Positions 13,901 through 25,900 of a stretch of 64,000 nt of DNA are shown in pieces (position 1 is the first letter of the stretch; each line of letters starts with the position of its first letter). Position numbers and translations under genes: made by a program. The DNA lies in assembly GCA_977030845.1 (NCBI GenBank), contig OZ365110.1:30814001-30878000 (forward strand). The letters run 5' to 3'. Below the pieces are notes generated by a model. It ran no database searches and had not been told where the DNA came from. It was given only the letters and a program-made list of their open reading frames with translations. Source of the stretch: Fimbriosthenelais zetlandica (taxonomy: Eukaryota).

Positions 13901-16900
13901 GCCGTGAGCACTGGGCATAGACTATTGTTCCACCATCTACTCTCTTCCCCCAACCCCCTTCTTCCTCTCCCCATCCGATGGATGATGGAATCTGGGAAAG
14001 GGGGGCGCATTAAGATTCCAAGGATCTGTTGAGAAGAATCCAATCAACATACTGTAAGTGTAACCAAAATGACTTAAAATGAGTTAAAATAAACTCATAG
14101 CGGCCCACAAAGTTCAGTCTACTGAAAGCTTAAAAATCTTCCCTGGTGCATTGTTTTGAAAATGATCAATAGTTATGTTTAATCTATAACTTATACAATC
14201 AACCAACCATAAAAGGATGAAGGGTACCAAAGCCCCTGTCAGCCCCCACCCCCATTCTCCGCGACTCCACTTTTGGTCTTCCACTATCTCTCTGCCGGAA
14301 GAAGCAGAGAGACCAATGTAATACAAGCCAATGATATGTAAATCCAATGGCAAATGCCTTACAGCTCTCTCTGATCTCTGAAAAGGCTCCACCAATTGTG
14401 AATATCTATTGTTGTAATTGCAGGCCGTAATGGATTTAACGGCCCTACTATGCCTTGTCTGTTGTTATCGGCATGGCAAAGAGATGAACAAGGTTTGTTC
14501 CCTTGTGGCACACATATATATATACTGGGATACAAAAATATCACTTGAGGCAAGTAAATGTACAATCAACTTTATGTCCTAGTAGAGCTGCAGTCTGCTT
14601 TCGTATGTGATTTTCCTACCTTTTATTTCCCTCATGGATACAAGCAGATTGTCTTTATGCTCTTAACCACCAGATCACAAATCAACAGAAGTCTATTAAA
14701 TTTACATGTTCCTCATGAATAATCTCATAAACTCCAAGTAGACTTGGAACATCCAACAGACACAATATTTACACTGAATAAATGCTTTTCATTCACGAAC
14801 AGCAGTAGACAAAGATATATCATCTGCCACTTGCAATCTATTGTTTTCCGAGATGGCAGAGCCGGGAGGGCTCATAATGTAAACACAGGGAATGACAGGG
14901 GGCACAGTTTGTTTCCAAGTTATCTCCCCGAGGGGACAGAAAAAGCCAGACCCCTCTGCCAGCACAACTCAAAGAATGCAGAACAAAATATGGAGAGCAA
15001 ACAGGGCAGACAATCTGAGTCATCTGATTCCATAGATGCCACCTTATATTATACCATAGTTGGTTCAGATTGCTTCAGCCGGGGACAGGTATGCCAGCTT
15101 GCATGCTTACAGTGCATGTGGGTGTGTCTATTGATGAAAGCTGTATCGAAGCTGACACCCGGATGGGAAAGGTACCAGAGTCCTGCACCTGTGACCTAAG
15201 GGGTTAGAAGAAGGGGATAGGTCCCTTTGATGTCCTCTTCATTGTTGTCCCCTCAAACCATGTCCATCTCACCTTCAATGATTTACAGCAAAGCTGGATA
15301 CTGTTCACAAACACGCAAATGCTTTGACATAAAAAAACAATAGACGAGCCACAAAAATACCAACTAATGTACTTTCATCTGACATAGTGCCTTCATAAAA
15401 TGACCCCCTTAAAAGAAATAGGGTTTTTTTCGCTTTTGTAGTGGAGCGGATGTTTTGATTGCCTTAAAAATCTGCCTTTCAAATGCGTAGTTGAAGTTTA
15501 AAAATGTCTATGACAGAGTGTTAATTTCAAACCTCCCACGAGACTTTTTTACTCCGGACGGAGAGCCTTGGTTTACATCCATCTTTTTGAATCCACACAT
15601 CAACAATCACTGCTATGAGAAAAGCGATCTGACGGTTTCTGCTTTCAAGTGGAGCGCCTGACTGTCTGTATGGCACTGTTTTTATGGGCTGATGAATACA
15701 TTACAAGAGGGGGAAGTTTTGGATGAGCCTGATTATACTGACCCAGGAGGCTATGTATGTAGAAATAAGGAAATCTCAGTAGAGCCAGCTGTATACACTG
15801 TCTTTCTAGGGCCAAGGGGACATCGAAGAACCGAGTGACTTTCCAATTGACTTCCTGCTAGACAGAAATGGAGATAGAATCCACAGGGAGAAATATCTTC
15901 ATAACAACTTCATGGGTCTGCTATATGCTTCAGATGGGTCACCCAAACGGAATTGAGGTTAGTGACATGAGACTCATAGGTTGAAAAGCATTACTTAGTT
16001 TGCCTGTTTTACCCCCACTTCCTGGACAGAAAGCTTGTCCATGCTGTGATAAAATATCCATGGAGGATGTTCGAGGGCTGTACCTCCACAACATTATAAG
16101 AGATACACCAGTCGGCCACCATTAGGAATAATAGGGGGAGAGGAAGAATTGATCCATCAGGCTGGCCTAACAGTAGGGTTGGATGGAGACGCGCTTGATG
16201 ATGTTTGAAAGGCACATATTGGCCAATATTGGTGCCCAGCTCTCCGCACATGGACAGAGCATACCGCCTCATCAAAAGCGACAGCATTACAAACAGACCC
16301 GCAGAGCCTATTGTATGCCCATCCTTTTGTACAGACTCTCGGCCGTCTAAAACGCACACCTCCACAACGCACGTGCGAGTCATTGTGTCCACATGGGTAT
16401 GTCAGATTAGGTTACAGGGGCACGAACAACTGCCCTGTCTATTCCTCGGTCACTTACCCAAAGAGGAAGGAGAAAATGCTGAGAACTAACCCTGCACTTT
16501 GGGCAACTTGAACATTTTTTGCATGTTAACGCACCCAAATCTGTCTTTTTTCCAGAAGACAGTATAGAGCATATCGTTCCATCAATATATGAAAGGCAAC
16601 CATTATGGGAAGCAGGCCACCAGTGGAAATTGTAACGAGACACGCCAAGACGCCGAAGACATTAGGGCAGAGAATAATGTCTAGGAGAGCAGGATGGCGT
16701 CACGCAATATTGCACTTGTTCGAGCAAGCTCGCTGCCCCCTCTGAGCTGAAAGATTCAAGTAGTGGGGACCAAATCTCCAGCTCATGTCATGTTACTGAC
16801 TCTTCAGCCATCCCAGATAGAGCTTCACAGTGTCATTGATAAAAAGCAGGGATAAAAAATCTGTACAGATCAATATCCAGACTGTTCTTACCACATCATT

Positions 16901-19900
16901 TCTAAGTTGGACAGAGGGATAATATATAGCTGCCACTGATTAATTTTGAGTCAACAATGGAGACCAACTATATTCCGATCATACCAAAGGCCATTTGGGA
17001 AATTTTTAGGACGGTTTTTGTAAAGAAATGAATAAATGATAAGGTAAAACTATTGACAGGAGCTACATAGTGAATTGCATTTGGGCATTGATGCCTAGAG
17101 AGGGTGTATGTTTTGATTAAAAAATCCTGTAGGGACCAACAAGAAAAATATGCAGCCGTTGGTGAATTAAAGTGATTCCTATTCTGCCTGCATCAGCAGG
17201 GTCTCTCCTAAGTGAATTTCCTATGGCAGTCATTATAATTGCCAGTCTCAGATCCAGTGTAACCCTCGTTCAAATCTCCAGAGTACACAAAGGTTTCTGC
17301 AGCAGCTGTGACTTTAAGAAACTTCTAGTCATCACAAGCTTTGACATAGCTGTCTGTGCATAAACACCGCAAGCAATTCAATAGAGAAGAGTAAGAGAAT
17401 CTAGTTGGTTTGACGAAAAGCGAGTCATCTTTGTCAGTTGGGATTGATTCATGCTGTTTGCAGGTACTTACCATGCACATCGTCCTGTCACAGTAAACGT
17501 GATTGAGCAACACTTTACGACTACAACCAAATCGTAACTGCGAATGAGAGATCTTAAAACTTCAAGAGTATTTGCTCAAGAACACATCGGATAGGGCCTG
17601 ACTAAGGGGGAGGGATAGAGGGTGGCACGTCTAGTAAACAGTGGTATTTGTCCTCCGAAATGACCCATTGTCATTCAGCATAGAGAGGTGTGAGCAAAAC
17701 AATAGCTTTCCACGACCTGCTCTGTAGTCTGCCTGACCCCCTGGAGGAAACTATCCTACTTTAGCCCCGGCCAATGTTCATGTCCAACACGACCCCTCAG
17801 GCCCAGGTCAGACATTTCTTTTTGATGGTTGGCTGGAAAGCCTTCAGGAAACACCAGTCGAAGGCAGGCCATCTTCAGAGCTTCACTTACCATGAGACAC
17901 TCCTGCACTGGCCGGAAGTTGTCCACGAGAATCACTCTGTCACGGAACACCATGAGACTGATGAAGGTTTCACTGGGCAAAATCACGAGCTCCGGAAGTA
18001 GCTTTCCTGCCATGATAGATTGAAGAAAGCCCCCTGGCCTTCGTGAGAAGACTTGTTCAAAACACAGGCAGGCAATAGAAAAATCATTGCCTCCTTTGAG
18101 AACTTTAGCTTTGGTAGAGAGGTGAGAGGTTATTAGTGACGTCCGAGAGATATAGAATTACAACAGGTGCGAAAGATATAAGTTTACACCGGTAAAGTCA
18201 TCTTATATAGCCCTAAACCTACATAGTTTTGAGGGTGAAATCATAGACCTGGATGCTCTCTTTAAAAAGATAATATATATTTAAACTATATTCCATATCC
18301 TGTACATACATTACATACATTACCGTATTTCCATATATATAGTTCTACATCGACTGTCTTATCTTCCAATGGATATAATTTTTAAACTGCGCAAGACGAA
18401 ATATATGAAGCTTCATCTTAACTATAATAGGAAGATTGAGTAAGGCCTCAGGTGAAAGAACCTAATAAATATTGCTTCCTTTTTGCACATAGTCTCTCTT
18501 CTGCAGACACTTTCATACAAAGATTAGCATGTCCTTCAATGCACTCACTGGCAGGCACCAGAGAATGACAGCCTTCTTCTGATGTGGCCCCCTCCTTTTT
18601 GAGTACAAAGACAAAGATTTTTCTTCAGATCGTTTGGCTCCTATCCTACTTCTTAATCGTCTCCACTCGTTTATATTAGACCTTGGTCTTGCCTTTAAAC
18701 ACAGAAGGGGGCCTCTTGAACTGATATACACATCATATGCCTGGCTATGAAGAGAGTATGAACAATTTGCACCGATTTGATACACGTCGTGTCTTTCACC
18801 GAAACGCCGGGCCGTTTTTTCCCGGAGAGAAACACCATAGTGACCCCTAAACAGGACCGGAAATGGATCCATAATGCAAGGCGCTGTTAAGAACAATGGG
18901 CGTGGACGCTGCTCTGAATGACAAGGGCTCTAGAGGTCAAGACAAGGGCGAGAGAGGTATATGGAGCTGTCAATTATGCCTGGCGCATGCGCTTCCCTTA
19001 TGCAGTCTTCATTTCGACCTGTACAGCTTTATGCCGGGGCAGAAGGAGGAGCAAGAGGAAGTACCAACTGCTGCGTTTTCTAATGGAAAAGTGACCTCTT
19101 TAATACAAATAAAAACGAGTATCATGTTGCATTTTGCAACATATCAAACTAAACTAAAATAAGAATATGTTTTCAATAGTAGCCTATGTTTGTTAAACGA
19201 CCGTTAGAAAAGGACATGAAATTGATTAATAATACTCCTCATCTTGTATAATGCCCATGATAGGCCGCCTATGATAGGATTTTGAATAAATCGAAACTTA
19301 TTATCCATCTTCATCTGCTCTGACTAATTTAACCACTGCCCAACCCGATATTAAAGCTTCATAATCTCAGGTTTGATTAGTTTAGTATTGATCTGTTAAT
19401 ACCCTATATCCGTCCATATAATATTATAGTGCCTTCAGGTAATGAGTTCACCTTGGTTGGATATTGAGTATCAAGAGAATTTAAGATGACCATTTTATTG
19501 GTTTGGGTTGTGGAGATCATGGTTTCAACCGGTAGATCAAAAACATTCAGATCTTTAATTGACTGGAGTTGATCAATAGACAGGTAATAAACAGGTAGAG
19601 ACTAATCAATGCATGATACCTGCATGTACCTTCCCAACGTTAACTTGGTTCAACCACCCCCAACCTCACCATCCACAAACAATGACCCAGACCAAGGTCA
19701 TTTGGACAAATCCAATTAAAAGCTGGCATTGAATGGTGGTAAGGGCCAGCTGCCAACACTAATTGATCTGAAGACTGCCATGAGTAATAGCCATGTGAAA
19801 AATGGACTACTACCACCATGAAGACAACCTCTAATTTGTGGTCTTCGTTTTTACAACGACTGACCAGTCCTGAATAATTGAAGATAATTGAATTAAGTAT

Positions 19901-22900
19901 TAATTGACCATTGTCTCTGTCTTTTTACGGGTCCTTGGCTAATCGATCTTCTTCCACGCAATTATTTGACCAGTACAAACTTTGTTATGACTGTGAATAC
20001 ATTTATAGCAATGCGTGCCTTCCATGCATGGTTGCAATCTCTTCCTCCTGATCGGTGCTACGAAAAGAGAGATATTCTAACGCCTTCTCAGACATTCCCA
20101 AGTTTCCACCACACTTTTATCTGTCTGCAGTTCCGAATGGCAGGATACATGTGCTCATAATCATGACCTACTGTTTTCATATGATATTATTCCATCTTTT
20201 GTCATGCCTTCTCTACTATATAGGTAGTCTAGTTCTTACAGAGGAGGTGGAGCGAAATGGAGAGAAGTATATGGGTGAGGAGTAGGAGGGCCACGAGGAG
20301 GAGGAGAAGACGGTACACTCACGCCATAGTCCTCTACATCAATCTACGTTCTTTCTCCATAATTACCTCGCCCCCTGACACCCCTCCTCCTCTCACTGCT
20401 CCACATTTTCACTGTCTTACAACCATCGATTTTTTTTCAGCTCTTCGTCCTCCCTATTCTACAGCCCCTTCACTGGGTCTTCTTGTTTTAAGACTAAGCT
20501 TTCAATTGAGGAGGTTTTAAAACAGAAAAGCACTCAAACTGTCCTTTCATGCCATGGTGTACAGAAGGCCCGCCATTGTACCAGGGACTTTGTTTATGGT
20601 CATCAATGTAGACTCAATGTGAAGAAAAGACGACATTTAGCTCATTGCAAAGTAACACAAAAACATTTAATAAAGAATGGACATGAACCTTTTTAAAACT
20701 TTAGCAAAACTTGAGGAAGTATCAAAGGAGGGATAAAGAATGAAAGAGAAGGAAAAACTCTTACCTTGATAATGTAATACGAAGGTGCCGGGTGATAACA
20801 CGGCTATATCGACCATGCTGGAAGCTGAATTATAAACTAAACTCTCCCTCTGGTCGCCTGTACATGTGGTCAATGTCCTTTCTTGATCATTCTCTGTGAT
20901 AGTGGCTAGTTCATAACATACATTAGATCTACTCCCGGGTACTATACTCCCTCCTGGTACTTTCTCTACGGGAGGATCATCTTTTGCGATCACAGAACCG
21001 AATTTGAAGAGTTTAACGATGACCTTTTGACCTCTGCGGACGCGGACCCGCCAGGGGCACGTAGAGGTGCCCACTTGCGATGATTGGTCTAGTTGGGATG
21101 AGATGAAACCTGATTGGTCAGTTAGCAGAATCTCATGGGATCCACGGCACTCCCCTTCATCTCCCTGTGCAACTGGAAAAATGAATATTGCGAAGTATGA
21201 ATATAAATCTAAAGGCAGAAATTACACTAAAATGAACATTTATACATGTACATTTCTAGAATACCATTTTATAGTTGAATAGCAGCCTACAAAACAATGG
21301 ATCCGGACTATGGCTTATAAGGTTTTAAAGGCTAAGTTTGTTGGCAACCTTTATTAAATATTGGACTGTCTCTTGGACAAAAAAAAGACTGTCTGGGCTG
21401 AGAAGGGAGCATGCATTTTTAAAGATGTCGGACCCGCCGATAATTTGGCATGGGAGACGCTGCCTCTTCATATCACCATGGCAACGCCTGTATAAATATT
21501 TACACCCGGAAGTCACCAATTGACATTTTCCCATGATGCTTACACCAACCGGAATTTTTTAAATTCATATTATGAAATTGTATTTACAGGAATTCATAAA
21601 AACGTGACAAGGAATCGATAATTTTATGTAAATGTCTTCATGTAGGTAGGCCTATTTTAGTGTATTATATTGGCTAACAGTTGATAGCAAATATCATATG
21701 TCACCGTAAAATTACTGTCACACTGTCAGCAATATCACAGTGACCACGCGACGCATGCATAAAGCACGATGCGCATGCTCACTAACCTCATTGACTCGCC
21801 ACATTTTCACATAACTCACCCTTCCCATAATTCACCAACCAATATGGCTGACTGCATCTTTAATCAAGTCCAGAAATGACATTTTTATCAGGTCCGGCGG
21901 ATCTGCTAAACCCCTCTGTACGCCTCATGGGCTGGGGCTACCCATTTACAGCAGGAGTGGATTGATCGAATTGAGTTGTGCAGGGGTGGGTGTTGGGGCG
22001 GTAAGGACCCTCACTTCATGAACATTTCATCTTCACAACTCATTTTCATATCCTTCTCCAATGAACTTACTGCATGGCACAATTCTGCATCAATTGTAAT
22101 AATTCTACATTGAACAGTGCCCAAAACATTTTTTATATAGTCCCATATATTTTACTTTGCAGATGTAAATAATGTTGCAATCATATTACAACCGTGCTTC
22201 ACAATGGATGAAAATACTGTTGAATCCACATCTTGCCCTCCCAAAGCCTTCTTCCATTTCAAACTTCCATTTTTTCAACAAAACATTTCCCTTTTCCCTT
22301 TTATCTGATTGTCAGGGCCGTCCATTTTCCTGTCCTAAATTTTCGGAATGTTCTGATGTTTCAAAACGCTGAAAAACAACTGTTAACAGCTTCACTTTTC
22401 AACAAGCATTTTAACGCTGTCCCTCAGAATGATGCGCCTCATACCCTTCTTCATATTCCTAGATGTAACCCATTGATGACTCAGGTATTCGACGAAGGGA
22501 AGGCATTGACGGGGGTGGGGGGTGGTAAGCCGAATGGAGGGGAAGGATCTATCAACTTTGTGAAGCCAGTTGAAATTGAGTGGCGATTGGATGTGTGCAA
22601 CTGCAGACGGTCACTCGGTCAAACACTCGTCTTTTATCAATGATAAACCCCTAGCCATGTGGAATGTCATTTCCCTAAACTAATAACCTGGTGGGAGAGA
22701 GGGACGGAGGGGTGAGGCAGGCCTGATGAATGAAGACTGTCCAGTTTAGGACATTATCTGGCGGCTAGGGCTCCGTCCGTGTCATAACAACATCCTAATT
22801 GAATGAGAGGTATTAGGAGCCGCAGCCTTGGCCTGCATACTAAAGAGCAGCTCAAAGTATAGGGAAATGCACACCGAGAGCAAGTCAAACTCATCTATAG

Positions 22901-25900
22901 GCAAAGGCTGGCCTGACCCTGCGAACTAACAGTGATAAAGCACTAAACGCTAAATACCAGTATTATTGGAATGTCTATTCCACTAGGAGTTTCATTAAAG
23001 GGCCTAGCTCTAGTCCGTGTAGAGGGGTAGGTTGTCAAAGCTTTGGCTAGGGCCACCAAGCACTGTAGGCATTTCACTTGTGAGTGGCAGGGGCACAGGG
23101 GGAAAAACAATCTGCAGGGGCTTTTTCAGACTCAGACTTGTTGAGAAAAAAGGTGATTGCCAGTCGAGACCTGCATTTGAAGGTGTTTTCAAATAAAGCA
23201 AATGTCGGTGTAGGGAAAAAGACACTCTCAAGCCATGGGTGTAACTATAACGTACGGAGAGGGAGAGGCAAGGGTTGCTTATACATTCAATTGCTTCACA
23301 AATCTTATACTGTATTTATGATATTAAACCGATTCTCTGAAAAATAAACAGATTGGTTAAATCTGTCTATGATTAAGTTTTGTTTTGAAATGGTTCCCAG
23401 GTCACACACAATCTTAGTGGTATGTGCCGATAAAATTACGATAAAAGATTTGTTACAATAAACACTTCATTGATTTTATTGGCCTACATAGCATATGAGG
23501 AGAAGACAGTAGGTGGGAGAAGTTCATCTCGATGCCATAACTGACAATAGCTTTCCTGCCATCAATTTGTGCTCATGATTTCTTCACAGAAGCCGCCAAC
23601 AATGCCCGCAGTAGGCTTATGTTGGTTACCCTCCATAGAGGAGCACAAAGCAATTCACTCAACCTTCCACACTCACAGACCGAGCATTCATTCTACTAAG
23701 ATTGCTTCTGGTATTGGATGATTAAGCATAGAAATAGAAAAAAAGAAGAATAAGAAGGTATGAGCAATGCGGGTAAAAACGATTTCTGGCTTGTGAATTG
23801 CAATGCTTTTGTTCCCAGGAGCTAGAGTGTCAATGGGGTTTTTTTCTCTAATATTCCGAGTGCGGCAACTTCTACATAATGCATTTCCATTTATTTTATA
23901 TTATATACATTTGTTACAGATTGTGTGTCCATTTATATGGGAATTATTAAGTTACTGTATTTTGAGTTGTCAGAGGCTTGAGAGCATCTCATATTTCAGA
24001 GCGAAAGAGTATACATTTTTCAGTTGGATTTTCCAGCACAGAATATATGTGGCTGGGATGAGTATCAAATGCGTGGATCGTATATAGGAGCCTCTCAGGT
24101 CCATTTTCCATATTGATGTCAGTGGAAATAAGATGAATGTACATCATTTCTATTCACATTTATCACATGGCTAGATATTTCTTCCCACCACACCATCCCA
24201 CCAATATCCGCATGGTTTATCACCATTTTGATAAGAGCTATGGGTGTAGCTTTTGTGGCACGCACAAGGCGTTTGTGTATGTGGGGAGAGGAACGAGTGG
24301 GACCTTCAATAGAAAATCCTGGAGGCGCTTTGAAATGTGATGGGAAAGTAGTATAGGAAATGAGGCCCCTTTCAAGGCCTCCGAGGAGTCGAGACCACAA
24401 GCCCTGAGGTAATTCTACCACTGAGGCGAGGGTTGAAACGAAACGTTTAGATGGCACATGTCCTTTACAGGTAACTCGGGGATGAAAGGGTCCATACCTT
24501 CACCGACCTTCCTCTCTTCTCCATCCCTCGCGTACAGAAGATCCCCTTCTAAGCCTTTGTAGAAGGGGCGAGTAAAAGAAAGTTGAATGGAGATAACAAG
24601 ATAATTTGGTAGACTCTTTAGTCTGAATAACTTAATTCAAGGCTTGATTTTAAGTATAGTTTAACTCCAGAATAGACAAATTTGATTGCAATAAATGCTT
24701 TATATCATCAGTCAAATTTGTATAAAGATTACCTACATGTATAGCGTATATAAATATATCGTTTACCCCTGGAAAGGTGAAGTATTATTAGAAATGTACA
24801 TATAAGTAGGTAGCAATCAAGGTTGCATTGGATAAAAACTCCATATGGCTTGTGACTTTGATTGCATAAAATATGCTCGGGCTTGACTGACTGGTTAAAA
24901 TAAGGTTGGCGATAGGTTAACTCCACCTCAGTGTGAGGTGCATTGGAGCACGAAGCCTTGTTGAGGCAACAGCATAGTGTGGGCGCTCAAGCGTGACTTT
25001 GGAAAAGCCTGAGTTGAGAAATCTCTACAGTGTCTCAAAGCCTTGGTTTGTAACTTTTCCCAGATACCACAGAACTGGTCACTGACTGTCCAACACCAAA
25101 GCATGAAGAATTGCATGTAATATTTAGAGAGACAAAATATAGACAAAATAGATATACAATATAGATTGCATGCATAACTGTCCAATAACCACCATGCATG
25201 TTTTCTTTGAGAAGGGTAAAACAAGGAGGTTTTACCAGTCCAAAAGCGAATTAATAATCATCTTTCTTTCAATTCCATTCGTCTCCAAGCATTTCGTTCA
25301 CATGACATCTTTTGTATAATCCCACAATAGGCAAAAATACCCACCTTTGATGCACTCATACGCCGCCGATAAGTAAGAAGAAAAGTCCCTATGGCAAGGT
25401 TTGGTGTCGTGCAATTCCGGTTCGGCGATATAAACTCTACATTTTGGCCTCCCGCTACATTTACCGTCCATGTAAGGTAAAACGTCAGTAGAACAGCCGA
25501 GGAAACCGTGATTGGCTGTCACACAACGTCCGGCTGACATACGTCCATATTTGGCACTTCTCATTAAGATCACGTGACCAGGGGGGCAGCTGGCGTTGAA
25601 GTATTCAGATGGGCAGTAGTCGCGAACAGCTGAAAAGAGAACAATTATGATTGGTTGTTAAGACAACAACTGCAATTGGTGGGGAAATATGGGGAAAAAC
25701 TGTCAAAGTTAAGGCCTTTGAGTGATATTAAATTTTGAGCTACAGGCCCAGAGTTATGAAACTTCCCCCAGCAAAAAGTCTTTTTGGTAATGGAACTGAG
25801 GGGACTTCATGTCCTGCAGGATTTCTTTGCCCAGGTTCCTTCAATAAAATACAAATCAACAAAGAAAATGTCCCCATTATTTAAACAGCAACATCAATTA

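Noticed and set aside
14744-15199. Longest stand-alone ORFs in the track (151 aa here; also 30118-30561, 22233-22643, 32732-33124, 35688-36074, 16009-16392, 57403-57783)
   Set aside because: No recognisable domain, transposase or RT motif, random-like composition and no supporting splice pattern. Lengths are within chance expectation for 64 kb in six frames.
17999-23562. Exact 15-mer TAGCTTTCCTGCCAT shared by 17999-18013 and 23548-23562
   Set aside because: A few exact 15-mer matches are expected by chance among all position pairs in 64 kb, and the flanks do not extend.
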